Position numbers and translations under genes: made by a program. From a virus (lineage: Duplodnaviria > Caudoviricetes): a DNA stretch of 56,039 nucleotides. The notes beneath the pieces were generated by a model that saw only the letters and a program-made list of their open reading frames with translations, ran no database searches and was not told the DNA's origin. Positions 36,747-47,530 of the stretch are shown here, in pieces (position 1 is the first letter of the stretch; every line of letters starts with the position of its first letter). The DNA lies in IMG/VR virus record IMGVR_UViG_3300030099_001449, positions 1-56,039 of that record; one strand, 5' to 3'.

Positions 36747-37784
36747 ATGTATAAACCACAAGGTCCAGGCATTTATAACATGGGTTTATTTGAAGCTAAA
36801 ATGAGACCAGCTAGAAATAAACTTGCTTCAATGGGTGGTATTATGGCTTCTTCACCAGAACTTATGCAAGCGGCTAGTCCACCTCCTATGAAACCTCCTA
36901 TAAAACCTCCCATGATGCCACCTATGATGCCACCATCTCCTCCACCTATGATGCCACCATCTCCTCCACCTATGATGCCATCAAATCCCATGTCTATGAC
37001 TCAAACACCTGCACAACCTCCCGTTAAGATGAGTCTTGGAGGATTAGCTACAGCAGCTAGAACTTTGACCTCTCCTTCTGTACAACAAAAAGCATTTGGT
37101 GCAGCTAGGCAACTAGGTTTAGCTCAGAACATGTCTGCTTTTCTTGATAAAGTCATGGGAGATGCCGATGAAAGAGTTAAAAAAGCTGCTGCAAATGAAC
37201 TTACTGATAAATTAAAAGGCATAAACAGTGCTACCACTGAAGAAGAAAAAATAAATAAAACAGCTAATTTATTGGGAACAAACAATACTAAAGAGGATAT
37301 AGCTAAAACTATGGGTGGTATTCTTGGTGGAGATGTTTCTAATCTTAATATTGATCAACTCAATAACATGATGATGAAAGTTCTTGTTAATACGTCCATA
37401 GCAGATAAAGGAAGTGTAGCTGAAAAATTTGGTAAGAGTTTACTTGCTGGATTAGGACTTGCCAGAAGCACTGCAGCAGCAAGAGCAACACCATCAACAA
37501 AAACTAATACGTATACACCAGAAAGATTAAGACAAGCAATACTAGAAAAACTAACTCCAGAACAATTAAGAGAATTAGCTATTATAAATGAAGATGGAAG
37601 TGTTAATACTTCAAAGTTAGAGACATACGTTAAGACAATGTTACAAGCAGGTCTTGGTGCGAATGTACAAGAACCTAGCACCTCAACTAAAACTAAATTG
37701 ACTCCTGGTCAAATAATTATACAAGGTGGAAATAAATTTAAAGTAGATGAAAATGGAGTTCCTCAACCTATTGGATCAGCATAA
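36747..37784 (+). CDS. Putative internal virion protein with PPMM repeats
   Basis: Pro/Met tandem repeats followed by KMSLGG; position among ejection genes. Confidence 0.65.
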   Translation: MYKPQGPGIYNMGLFEAKMRPARNKLASMGGIMASSPELMQAASPPPMKPPIKPPMMPPMMPPSPPPMMPPSPPPMMPSNPMSMTQTPAQPPVKMSLGGLATAARTLTSPSVQQKAFGAARQLGLAQNMSAFLDKVMGDADERVKKAAANELTDKLKGINSATTEEEKINKTANLLGTNNTKEDIAKTMGGILGGDVSNLNIDQLNNMMMKVLVNTSIADKGSVAEKFGKSLLAGLGLARSTAAARATPSTKTNTYTPERLRQAILEKLTPEQLRELAIINEDGSVNTSKLETYVKTMLQAGLGANVQEPSTSTKTKLTPGQIIIQGGNKFKVDENGVPQPIGSA

Positions 37785-40700
37785 TGTCTGATACTCCAAT
37801 CTTTGATCCTAACGCTCCTTTTACAGTACAAGAAGATAAAAGTATAGAATTTGATCCTAATGCTCCTTTCAAATTAGAAGAAGTAAATACGTCAGAAGGT
37901 GTTGTTCAAGAATTTGCAGAAGGTGTTGCGTCTGGTCTTACAAAGATACCACAAGGGGTTTTTGAACTTGGAGCTAGTGCTATAGATATAGTTGCAGACA
38001 CAGACTATTCTCCAAAAGTCACACAAAGATTTGAAGATTTTAGAGAAAAATATGGTATTGATCCAGAGGGAGTAGCTGGAACAATAGGAGAAGTAGGCGC
38101 ACAGTTTATTTTACCGGGATTGGGTGCTGCAAGGTTTGCTACTTCTACACTGGGTAAACTAGCTGCCGCTGGTGCAGCAGACGCTATTGTGGCTACAGAT
38201 GATACAGGTAGTTTAACAGATGTAGTTGTTGATTGGTATGATGGTGAAGCTACTTCAGCACAAGATGACATAGGACTACAAGGTCAAGAAGAAGCAAAAA
38301 GAAGATTACTTAATAAATTTAAAGTAGGAGCCGAGGGAGCAGCAGGAGTTATAGCTGCACCACTATTGGTTAAAGGAGCTTTGAAAGCAACAGCACCAAT
38401 AGCCGCTCCCATATTATCCCCTGCCGCTAGAGCAGTTAAAGCAGGTAGTGAAAAGGTGGGTGATTACATGAGGGGTTTAGATCAAAAGATCATTGATAAA
38501 GAAGTAAATGTTTTTGAAAAAGCAATAGGTGAGACTTTATCGTTTTTAAGATACAGAGGTATTCTTCCACAAAATATAGCTGAAACTAGATCCTTGGTAG
38601 AGGGTTTTATAGAGTCTGAAGCAAAAGGAGCTAAACAAATAATAGGAAGATTACAAAAAAGCTTAGATGATGCAGTATCAAAAGGATTTAAGCTTACAAA
38701 AGAGGGTACACCCCTAACGAAAAAAGATATGTTAAATAGTATAGATCAGTATTTAACTACAGATAGTTTTGGAAAAGCACAAGCACTTGGTAGATTACCA
38801 AAAGAAATACATGGTGATTTAAAAGTTATGAGAGATCAAGTTGATTTTCTTAGTAATAAGATTATGGATAGTGATTTTATAAAAAAGAACGATATGATTC
38901 CTGTAAAAGACTCTGAAAAAACTTTAAAGGAAACCATTAGAGATAACTTAGGTCAATACCTCCGCAGACGTTATGCTATTTTTGAAGACGCAAATTACAA
39001 ACCTAGTGATGAAACATTTGAACTTGCCAAAGCTGAATTTAAAGGTAACAAAAAACAAGTTGAAGATCTATTGGGTATAGAGATTAAGGGACCTATAACA
39101 GATGATATAGCTACAGAGGCCACTAATGCATTTTTAGCTAAGTATCAAAATGTAAGAAAAAAGGGAGGTGATTTCATAGGTAAAGTTCCTTTACTAAAAC
39201 TTTCCCCCGGTGCGTTATTAAAAAAACAAAACCTAACACAGACTCAAAAAGCTTTGTTAGGAGAGATTAAAGATCCTTTAGAAAATTATGTGGCAACGGT
39301 GGCTGATCTTGCAGAGTTTTCAGCAGTAGATAATTACTTTGGAAAGATAAGGAAATTATCACAAACAAATCCTGGAATAGCTAAATTGTTTAGAAACACA
39401 GAGGGCATGAGTCCTAACGCTGAAAAAAAACTTCAAAATGAGGGTTTTGTTATTTTAGGAAAATCAAGAGGATCTAGTAAGGCAGATATGGAAACTCCAG
39501 ATGATGTTTTGACTTCTGGTTGGGGATCTTTGTATGGATACGCTGTTCCTAATAGAGTTTATAATGATCTTACTAGAAATGTGATTGGTGATTTAGGGTT
39601 TGCAGGAAATATAGGAAGATCTTTATACTCTGGATTTTTACGAGCAAAGGGTGCAACTCAATATGGTAAAACAGTTTTGTCTCCTATTACGCAAATAAGA
39701 AACGTAAGCACTGCTGCTTTATTTGCCACTATGCAAGGAAACGTGGGTCGTGGATCTAACTTATTAGAGTCCATGAGATTAGTTAAACATAACATATTGG
39801 ATAAACCAGACTCTTTAGATCATTTAAAAAAGTTGCAAAGACTTGGCGTTATTAATAGTCAAGCTGAGTTGAAGGAACTTCAATCTTTAATTTCAAAAGG
39901 ATTTGGATACACAGATGATGCAACGGTTGAAGGTTTACCAACAGCCAGAAAATTTGGATCTAAACTAACAGATAATCCCGTTGGAAAGTTCGTTAGAAAT
40001 ATTGGTAAAAAAGCAGAGGACTTATATCAAGGTGGTGATGATATTTGGAAAATATATAATTTTGAGTTTGAAAAAAACAAACTTAGAAATGCTTTGGGTA
40101 AGATGTCGTCAGATCAAAAGGCTTCTTTTTTACAAAGAAAAACAGGTTCACCTTTTGTAGATCAAAAAGCAATAGATAATTTTTTAGATGATGAGGCTGC
40201 TAGAATTGTAAGAAACACAGTTCCAAATTACAATCTTGCTCCTGAATTTATTAAGTCTTTAAGAAAACTACCAGTGGGTAATTTTATTGCTTTTCCTTAT
40301 GAAATTGTAAGAACAAGTATTAACACTGTGGGTCGAGGAATAGATGAATTAGCAGATGCAAATCCCGCCATACAGGAAATAGGATTAAGAAGATTAATAG
40401 GAGCGTTGACAACATCAGTTGTTCTTCCAACTACTTTGTCAAAAATGGGGCATCAGTTTTCTGGCGTAACAGAGGATGAAATGGAAGCACTGCAAAGATC
40501 TGGCGTTCCAGATTGGGAAAAGAATGCTAGATTAGTACCAACAGGTAGAAATGAAGATGGTACTCCTAAGTATATTAATTTTAGTTATTCCAACCCTTAT
40601 GATATTCTAGAGAAGACAGTTATAGCTGCTTTAAACAAAATGGAAGAGGGTAAGAAACTTGGCAAAAGTGGATCCGAGATAGCATTTGAAGCAGGCATGG

Positions 40701-41761
40701 AATCTTTAAATGAATTTTTTGCTCCATTTACTGAAGAAAGCATTGTGGCAGCAAAGGTTAGAGATGTTCTTGATCCACAAACAAAAATACCAGGATTAAA
40801 GATTCTTTCAAATATTGCTGTTGGCAGAGGAGGAAAAACTGTAACTGGTGCAAAGGTATATAGAGACACTGATGATAGGGGAACCAAAGCTGCAAAAAGT
40901 TTTGCTCACATATTAGATGCAATTATTCCAAGTTTAGTACCGTTAGATGTAAGAGGAGGAGAGTTTCAAGTTGGTAGATTTCCTAGAAGTTTAATTAATT
41001 CTTTAGATTTAAATGAAGAGTTAGGTATTTCAGAAAAAGACTCAAGGGGAATAGAAAGAGATTTAACTGAAGAATTGTTTAGAGCTTTTAGTGGTATTAC
41101 CGAATCAGAAGGAACGTTTGATAAAACGTTAAAATATAAAGGATTTGAGTTTTCTAGTGATAGAAGAAGTGCTTCTGGTAAGTTTAACACAGAAGCTAGG
41201 AGACCAAACACGACCACATCTGATTTACTAGAAACTTTTAAAGAAGCTAATGAAGATAGATTTAGAGTTTATAATAAATTTTATACTGTCATAGAAGATT
41301 TTAGAACTTTAGGTTTTAAAGACTCCAAAATAAAAAAGATTTTAAAGGATGCAGGTGTGGGTGACTATAAAGATCTAATGAGAGGTAGATATAATCCATT
41401 ACCTTTTCCAAGTGACTCTGTATTAAAAGACATGAGGTCAAATGAAACTATTAACTTACTTCCAAGAAAAGAAATACAATCTTACATTAATGAACAAAGA
41501 AAAAGAAAGTTTGGAGAATCTTTTACACCAGACTCTCCTAAATTTAATTTTAATCAACCCTTTGAAGTAGAAGATCAATCAAGTATCCCAACCCCTGCTA
41601 ATGTAAACATTGCATCTGTCAGTCCTAATCTTGCACCTAGTACTCCCAACGTTGCACCTACAAACATTCAACCAAGCGTTCAGTCTGCTACGGTAACTCC
41701 CTCTGTACTAAACTATAATCCTAAAGACATAGAGATAGCTCAGAGACTTGGTAAAGTTTAG
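37784..41761 (+). CDS. Large putative ejection protein, 1325 aa
   Basis: Last late gene; FDPNAPF repeats; large and helical, like podovirus internal proteins. Confidence 0.65.
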   Translation: MSDTPIFDPNAPFTVQEDKSIEFDPNAPFKLEEVNTSEGVVQEFAEGVASGLTKIPQGVFELGASAIDIVADTDYSPKVTQRFEDFREKYGIDPEGVAGTIGEVGAQFILPGLGAARFATSTLGKLAAAGAADAIVATDDTGSLTDVVVDWYDGEATSAQDDIGLQGQEEAKRRLLNKFKVGAEGAAGVIAAPLLVKGALKATAPIAAPILSPAARAVKAGSEKVGDYMRGLDQKIIDKEVNVFEKAIGETLSFLRYRGILPQNIAETRSLVEGFIESEAKGAKQIIGRLQKSLDDAVSKGFKLTKEGTPLTKKDMLNSIDQYLTTDSFGKAQALGRLPKEIHGDLKVMRDQVDFLSNKIMDSDFIKKNDMIPVKDSEKTLKETIRDNLGQYLRRRYAIFEDANYKPSDETFELAKAEFKGNKKQVEDLLGIEIKGPITDDIATEATNAFLAKYQNVRKKGGDFIGKVPLLKLSPGALLKKQNLTQTQKALLGEIKDPLENYVATVADLAEFSAVDNYFGKIRKLSQTNPGIAKLFRNTEGMSPNAEKKLQNEGFVILGKSRGSSKADMETPDDVLTSGWGSLYGYAVPNRVYNDLTRNVIGDLGFAGNIGRSLYSGFLRAKGATQYGKTVLSPITQIRNVSTAALFATMQGNVGRGSNLLESMRLVKHNILDKPDSLDHLKKLQRLGVINSQAELKELQSLISKGFGYTDDATVEGLPTARKFGSKLTDNPVGKFVRNIGKKAEDLYQGGDDIWKIYNFEFEKNKLRNALGKMSSDQKASFLQRKTGSPFVDQKAIDNFLDDEAARIVRNTVPNYNLAPEFIKSLRKLPVGNFIAFPYEIVRTSINTVGRGIDELADANPAIQEIGLRRLIGALTTSVVLPTTLSKMGHQFSGVTEDEMEALQRSGVPDWEKNARLVPTGRNEDGTPKYINFSYSNPYDILEKTVIAALNKMEEGKKLGKSGSEIAFEAGMESLNEFFAPFTEESIVAAKVRDVLDPQTKIPGLKILSNIAVGRGGKTVTGAKVYRDTDDRGTKAAKSFAHILDAIIPSLVPLDVRGGEFQVGRFPRSLINSLDLNEELGISEKDSRGIERDLTEELFRAFSGITESEGTFDKTLKYKGFEFSSDRRSASGKFNTEARRPNTTTSDLLETFKEANEDRFRVYNKFYTVIEDFRTLGFKDSKIKKILKDAGVGDYKDLMRGRYNPLPFPSDSVLKDMRSNETINLLPRKEIQSYINEQRKRKFGESFTPDSPKFNFNQPFEVEDQSSIPTPANVNIASVSPNLAPSTPNVAPTNIQPSVQSATVTPSVLNYNPKDIEIAQRLGKV

Positions 41762-41967
41762 TGCCTAGTTTCTATATTAATACCATTCCCACCAAGCAAT
41801 TGAATTAAATCGTCAGCAGATTCTTTTACTGCTTCTATTGCTGATTCATCTTCTAATGCTGCCGCAACTGCTAAACTTACTCCTATAAGATTCATAAGAG
41901 CGTCTAGTTGCATGGGGTGCATCTTCTTTAAACTAAGTACCTTTTTACTATGTTCTGTGTATTTCAT
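41758..41967 (-). CDS. Hypothetical protein
   Basis: Start MKYTEH coupled to the polA stop; GAGG RBS. Confidence 0.55.
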   Translation of the reverse strand: MKYTEHSKKVLSLKKMHPMQLDALMNLIGVSLAVAAALEDESAIEAVKESADDLIQLLGGNGINIETRH

Positions 41968-43874
41968 TAATCTACCTCTCCCCAATTATTAGCAAGAACG
42001 TCATCTACTTTAGATGGCACTTTTAGTATATCATTTAATCCATTTTCCATAATATCTTTTATTTTTTTAGCTTGATTCTTATCTTGTACTGAGAAGCATA
42101 ACTCATCATGCACTGTTAACATAGGTAGTAATCCCTCCTTATAACAATCAGCCATAGCTTTTTTTGTTTGATCTGCAGCTGAACCTTGTATCAATTTGTT
42201 TAAAGCCTTGTATGTAAACGCTCTTCTTAGAGGTTGACCATACTCTTTCATAGCATCTTCATATAATAATGGTTTGTTATAACCAAAAGACTTTGGTTCC
42301 CATAAATGAAAATGACAACGTCTACCTAGCAAAGTTCGAATCACTCCATAGTCTAAAGCTTGTTTGGATGCTATGTCGGCTAAGTCTTTTACAAAAGGAA
42401 CTTTAGACTTGTGTGTGTTCAATATGTCAGAGGCTTCTTCTAAAGATACCCCTAACTGATTCGCTAGTTTACCTTTACCCATACCATACATAATACCAAG
42501 ATTTACTGTCTTTGCTTCCTTACGACTAATCCCGGCAAAGTCTGCAACCATCTGATGTAAATCAACGTCACCATTATGATACTCCTCTACAATACCATCT
42601 ACCATTTCATGTTTTCTTTTACCAAGACTCGCAGCAAAGTGAACCAAGAGCCTTGGTTCCTGACTAGAATAATCAAAGGATCCCCACTTGGTGTCCTCTT
42701 CTGGTAAAAACAAACCACGTATCATCTTTCTGATCTCTGGATCTCTAGCCGGTATCTGTTGCAGATTAGGATTAGATGAAGAGAACCTACCTGTCACAGT
42801 TCCACCATCATCACTTCTTAACTGGTGGAACTCTGCATGAATGCGTCCTTTGTGTGCATGAGTTTTAATTGTATTAATAAAAGTAGAACCTGCCTTATCA
42901 AACTCTCTGACCTTTACAATTGCTTGACATACTTCATGTGGGTGATTCGCTAAGAATTGTTTTGTAAAAGAAGGAGACCCTATTTCTGTTTTAGGATATT
43001 TTAAATTAAGTTTATCAAAAACTTGTCTAACCGAATCACTTGCCCAGGGTTTGATATCAATACTAGTTTTTAATTTTATCCATTCCTTTAGTTCTTTTAC
43101 TTTGTGAGATAAAGAAACATCTATTTGATCTGCCTTGTCTAAATTAACACGAACTCCATGCGTTCTCATATCTAGCATGGTGGGTATGAGACTTGTTTCT
43201 AACTTCCAGATATTCCATAGATCTTGTTTCTCAATCTCTTGTTTTAATCGCTCCCAAAGTTTTAGTGTCATAACAGCATCTTGTTCTGCATAAGCACCTA
43301 CCTTTGCTGGTGGTAGTATCCACATGTCTGCCTTTGGATCTATGCCCCAGTCTTTTGCAGTAGCACGTAATAGTTTTTCATCCTTACGCATGTTAATCCA
43401 ATCTCTTCCTAGATTATCCAAGCTATAAGAAAATCTATTTTCATCTACGATAGCACCAGTGACCATAGTATCAATGACTCTTCCTTGTACCTCGATACCC
43501 TCGGCTCGTAACCAACCCAGATCATAGGTAGCATTGTGCATAATCTTATCTACATTTGGAGTTTCCATCTGTTTTTTAAACCAACGCATTGTTATTTTAG
43601 GATCTAAGTTATGTCCATTCTTGTGTCGGATAGGGAAGTATCCATAGTAATCACCAGCTGCAACTGCTATGCCTACGATAAAACCATCTTTTCTACACCA
43701 TCCGGGACCTAGTTCCTTGATCCTTGGATCATGCGTTTCTAAATCAACCGCTACTTGTCTATACTGTGAAAGATCTGGATAGTCACAAGGAATATTCCAA
43801 TCTTTATCTATGACATCAATCTCTAATCTATGAAAATAATCAATAGTGCTTTTGTCTTTTCTATCTCTTGCCAT
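41967..43874 (-). CDS. polA: DNA polymerase family A (3'-5' exonuclease plus polymerase)
   Basis: DLET, HNATYD, YAEQD, TGRFSS.NPNLQ, DYSSQEPR, KTVNLGIMYG and VHDE motifs. Confidence 0.95.
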   Translation of the reverse strand: MARDRKDKSTIDYFHRLEIDVIDKDWNIPCDYPDLSQYRQVAVDLETHDPRIKELGPGWCRKDGFIVGIAVAAGDYYGYFPIRHKNGHNLDPKITMRWFKKQMETPNVDKIMHNATYDLGWLRAEGIEVQGRVIDTMVTGAIVDENRFSYSLDNLGRDWINMRKDEKLLRATAKDWGIDPKADMWILPPAKVGAYAEQDAVMTLKLWERLKQEIEKQDLWNIWKLETSLIPTMLDMRTHGVRVNLDKADQIDVSLSHKVKELKEWIKLKTSIDIKPWASDSVRQVFDKLNLKYPKTEIGSPSFTKQFLANHPHEVCQAIVKVREFDKAGSTFINTIKTHAHKGRIHAEFHQLRSDDGGTVTGRFSSSNPNLQQIPARDPEIRKMIRGLFLPEEDTKWGSFDYSSQEPRLLVHFAASLGKRKHEMVDGIVEEYHNGDVDLHQMVADFAGISRKEAKTVNLGIMYGMGKGKLANQLGVSLEEASDILNTHKSKVPFVKDLADIASKQALDYGVIRTLLGRRCHFHLWEPKSFGYNKPLLYEDAMKEYGQPLRRAFTYKALNKLIQGSAADQTKKAMADCYKEGLLPMLTVHDELCFSVQDKNQAKKIKDIMENGLNDILKVPSKVDDVLANNWGEVD

Positions 43875-44124
43875 CTAACTCGCCCCCTAAACCTGCATAT
43901 CCACAGATATCAACCCATGAATCTTCTTTATCCTCATGCACAAGACGAGCTAATTTTAAGGCAATCATACAAAGATACACTTGTTTTACAGTTACTTCGT
44001 GACCAAAAACAACAGACCAAATATCTGCTATTCTTTTATGATTAACATAAGCATCACCATAATCTTTTGCTCTGTCACCATTAATTAATCTTTCTGCCTC
44101 TTGTAATATTTTTTCTCTTTTCAC
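43861..44124 (-). CDS. DUF6378-like protein
   Basis: DRAKDYGD...IADIWS...M..LKLAR...DSWVDICGYA. Confidence 0.75.
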   Translation of the reverse strand: MKREKILQEAERLINGDRAKDYGDAYVNHKRIADIWSVVFGHEVTVKQVYLCMIALKLARLVHEDKEDSWVDICGYAGLGGELDGKR

Positions 44125-44276
44125 TGTATCTTCTCCTTTGGATCAATGTATCTACCACACTCTACACACTGGTCTTTAGAGTATTTATCCCAATAAGTTT
44201 TCCATGTGTATCCACAAGGACATTCATAGTTCAACAGAAACAATGGTTTCTGAACTCGTCTTTTTTTATTTTTCAT
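44121..44276 (-). CDS. 51-aa zinc-ribbon protein (not in ORF track)
   Basis: MKNKKRRVQKPLFLLNYECPCGYTW...QCVECGRYIDPKEKIQ; 4-nt overlaps with both neighbours. Confidence 0.6.
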   Translation of the reverse strand: MKNKKRRVQKPLFLLNYECPCGYTWKTYWDKYSKDQCVECGRYIDPKEKIQ

Positions 44277-45802
44277 ATTATGTACCTGTATTTTTTATCT
44301 GATTCTATTAAGTATAAGTTTTGTTTTGCTCGAGTAACTGCTACGTAGAATACTCTATGTTCGTCCTCTGGATGTTTACCCTCTGCACAAGCTTGAGTTG
44401 AACCCAAATAAACGGCAACGTTATCATCCTCCCCTCCTTTCATAGCATGGATGGTTGATAGTTTGATACGAGGAATACCCTCTATAGACTCTCCTCTTCT
44501 TTCAAGAGCTGCTATATACAACTTCTCTTCTTCACTTAGTCTGACTATGTCCTTTGCATCTCGACTCAAAGGGGCAAGCATACCAAAATCTTTTACGAGT
44601 TCTGCATGTGTAACATCCGCATCTGGAGCCAACATATCAAGTAAAGATGCAGAACCTCTAGCCACAACTGCATCCTTCCCCATTTTAGGAACGGACTTAT
44701 AAAATCTTTTTATCGTATCAACTGGTAAAGCATAGTAGTTTTGTAAATACTTCCATATAGACATGACATCTAAGTGTTCTTGTTTTATAGATGATCTCCC
44801 TTTTATGGAATAAAAATAACCTAACGACCTTAAATCTTCTGCCATGTCTCTTACAAAGTTATTTGTTCTTGCCATGATAGTCCAAGAACCTTGATCTAAT
44901 GGTAGGTCTTCAACTCTCCATACCCAATCTACTTTTCCTTCCTCCTCTCTTGGATAAAACTCTTTAGCTATTCTGTTAGGTATGCGTCTAGATATGCGCT
45001 CAGACAACGCCCAGACACTACGTGGTAGGCGAAAAGATTTATTAAGTACTTTTATATTGTCAGAGGAATTGGCAAATCTCTGGACGTTTACGCCTGTCCA
45101 ACGATGGATTGCCTGATCATCATCACCAGCAATAATAATTTGATCAGAATTGTTTGCCATCTTTTCCACCATTGTCCACTGCAAAGGAGTTAAATCTTGT
45201 GCCTCATCTACAATTAAAAGATCAAGATAGGGTGGATCTACATCCTCTATGTACTTCTTTATCATGTCAGAAAAATCTAGTTTGTTAGCGTTACCCTTAT
45301 ATAATAAAAGTTGATTAGATATCTGGACTAATTTTTCAAAGTACAAGGTATAATCACTAGCGTTACTATACTCAACATCAAGTGGTACTTCTTTGTAAGT
45401 TGCTCTCATTATCATCTGTAAATACTTGGAACCTGAACCACCAATCGTAGGAATAAGAACTCCTTCATCCGGGGATGTCGCATCTGCACCCTCAAAGTCC
45501 ACACCAAGCATATTACTTAACGTTCTGTAATCCTCTCTTCCCATTACATCGGCAGAGTCTAAACCTAGTCCATGAAACCCAGTAGCATGTAACGTTCTAA
45601 AGTGTGGAAAGTCATCCTTTGTAAGATTAAACTCTGCACATGCCCTATCAATAAACTCTCTTATGGCTTTGGTCGTGAATGAAACCACTCCAATACGAGA
45701 AGGACTTATCCCATCAGCAAGAGCATTCTTCACTTCTTGTATCAAAGTGTAAGTTTTACCACATCCTGGTGGACCTAGTATTAGTTTACTATTCTCTATC
45801 AT
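44273..45802 (-). CDS. UvrD/Rep-like SF1 helicase
   Basis: GPPGCGKT, VDEAQD, GDDDQAI, STIHAMKGGE and YVAVTRAK motifs. Confidence 0.9.
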   Translation of the reverse strand: MIENSKLILGPPGCGKTYTLIQEVKNALADGISPSRIGVVSFTTKAIREFIDRACAEFNLTKDDFPHFRTLHATGFHGLGLDSADVMGREDYRTLSNMLGVDFEGADATSPDEGVLIPTIGGSGSKYLQMIMRATYKEVPLDVEYSNASDYTLYFEKLVQISNQLLLYKGNANKLDFSDMIKKYIEDVDPPYLDLLIVDEAQDLTPLQWTMVEKMANNSDQIIIAGDDDQAIHRWTGVNVQRFANSSDNIKVLNKSFRLPRSVWALSERISRRIPNRIAKEFYPREEEGKVDWVWRVEDLPLDQGSWTIMARTNNFVRDMAEDLRSLGYFYSIKGRSSIKQEHLDVMSIWKYLQNYYALPVDTIKRFYKSVPKMGKDAVVARGSASLLDMLAPDADVTHAELVKDFGMLAPLSRDAKDIVRLSEEEKLYIAALERRGESIEGIPRIKLSTIHAMKGGEDDNVAVYLGSTQACAEGKHPEDEHRVFYVAVTRAKQNLYLIESDKKYRYII

Positions 45803-46017
45803 TCGAATAAACTTCTAGCTCTCTTTTCTTCTAACCATTTTTCAACGTCCTCTCGAATCCATCTGGCTGACATTCTTTTTGTATTGTCATCACCAAACTT
45901 AATTGGTTTTGGAAAACGTTCCTCCTTCACCCATTTGTATATGGCTGACTCCGATACGTTTAACCATTCTGTTATGTCGCCAATCCTCATTAGCTTAGAA
46001 GGGTATTTCGTCATCAC
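45799..46017 (-). CDS. alpA: AlpA/excisionase-like winged-HTH protein
   Basis: VSESAIYKWV...FPKPIK...RW...V..W. Confidence 0.8.
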   Translation of the reverse strand: MMTKYPSKLMRIGDITEWLNVSESAIYKWVKEERFPKPIKFGDDNTKRMSARWIREDVEKWLEEKRARSLFE

Positions 46018-47530
46018 CTATTTCCTCTGTTTCTAGTTTCACTTCTTCTCCTTTAAATTCTGGAACCCACCATACTCTTATTGTTGTTCGATCCCCCGAT
46101 TCCTTTCGTATGCTCTTGTGTCCACTGCAATCATTGTCCTCATTTAGTTTCTTCAACTGTTCTTGTATCTGCGCTCTGGTGAAATGTGTGAACTTACGAT
46201 TGTTCAAAAACTCTACGAGACCAGACATAGTAAACATGGTTAATCCCTCATCTGTCCAAGGCTTACCATGTATAAGTTCCTCTGGATGTATGGCTCGTAT
46301 TCTGTTCGTACAATAAATACGTAGAAGCTCTGTAAACTGACCAGATACTTTCAGTTCCTCCGGAACCTCAAGCTTTGTTGCATCTTTTAGCAGTTGAGAT
46401 ATGGTTTGATGCCACTTGTTTGGACGCATGGTAGGTGGCATTTCAAGTATCTGCTCCATGCAAGCACGTTGAAATAAAGTTTGATTTTGCAATTGCTCTG
46501 TGGATAGTTGCACTCTTTGTCCAGCAACATCTAAAAAATAAAGTCTTGGTTCTGATAATAAGATAGTCAAACTACCAATGGCAGGCATCTCTGGTCCTTG
46601 ATCACCCACGCCATACTTTCTTGTTACACAAAGCTGCTTGTCACAATAACTCTTGAATGGTTCTTGTTCACACGTGTAAAAATATTCCTTCTTGTCCAAA
46701 GATTTCTGTAAGTTCATCACTTCTTTGGCATCTAGTGGAGTTGTAAACATTTGACGATTCATTGTCTCGAACTCCTTGACCCAGTCATCTGGAGTCTTCA
46801 ATCGACAGTATACTCCACACATAAATAACTTTTTATTTCGGTCCTCGCTACTTGGACCATCTGCAAATAAATGTTCCAGACATGGTGGGCCATCTGTAAA
46901 ATATTTTCTTTTACCGGAAACAGAACTTTTCTCTAGCTTATCTATAGATATTCTGCTTTTCTGCATGAACTCTACAAACTCATCAAGCTCCATTGCCTCC
47001 CCTTTTTTGTTAAAGCAATACCGTTGTGTAAGTTCTGCTTTGAAATAAGGTAAGTTAATAAAGTTACCTACATCTCCACGTTCTGACAGTATCTTATCTT
47101 GCTTTGGAAATATCTCACATCCACTATGACCCAAAGCCACCGCCATTTCTAATAAATATTCTCTAACAATAGACGCTTGTTCGTAGTGTGATAAGAACAA
47201 GAACAAGTGCGCTCCCCCGGATTTAGACCTACAATGCACCAGAGGTAGTTTTAGTTTTTGTATTTTCTGCTGCAGTGTTTGATGATCTAGGTCATAAACA
47301 TCCACATCCAAGGCCCCCCATTTGCACTCGTTCTTGTCATTGATGGGGATAGCACCTACCCCCTTTTGACCATTGAGATGGCCCTTTAATAACTCAATGG
47401 TCAATGGCTCACGCACAATGCGACTATCCGCATCGGCCTTGCCATTCCTACCAATTCTCCCCACGTTGGTAGTACCATGTGCCACCTTCGATCCCTCAAA
47501 GGTGGCAAGCATTTGTTGAGCTAGTGACAT
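45995..47530 (-). CDS. Primase (AEP/prim-pol type)
   Basis: WGALDVD, RSKSGGAH and GN.INLPY motifs; Cys-rich middle domain. Confidence 0.8.
   Translation of the reverse strand: MSLAQQMLATFEGSKVAHGTTNVGRIGRNGKADADSRIVREPLTIELLKGHLNGQKGVGAIPINDKNECKWGALDVDVYDLDHQTLQQKIQKLKLPLVHCRSKSGGAHLFLFLSHYEQASIVREYLLEMAVALGHSGCEIFPKQDKILSERGDVGNFINLPYFKAELTQRYCFNKKGEAMELDEFVEFMQKSRISIDKLEKSSVSGKRKYFTDGPPCLEHLFADGPSSEDRNKKLFMCGVYCRLKTPDDWVKEFETMNRQMFTTPLDAKEVMNLQKSLDKKEYFYTCEQEPFKSYCDKQLCVTRKYGVGDQGPEMPAIGSLTILLSEPRLYFLDVAGQRVQLSTEQLQNQTLFQRACMEQILEMPPTMRPNKWHQTISQLLKDATKLEVPEELKVSGQFTELLRIYCTNRIRAIHPEELIHGKPWTDEGLTMFTMSGLVEFLNNRKFTHFTRAQIQEQLKKLNEDNDCSGHKSIRKESGDRTTIRVWWVPEFKGEEVKLETEEIGDDEIPF

Noticed and set aside
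45799-46017. Evidence that the window is a prophage
   Set aside because: No integrase, att-like flanks or host genes; the ends overlap circularly
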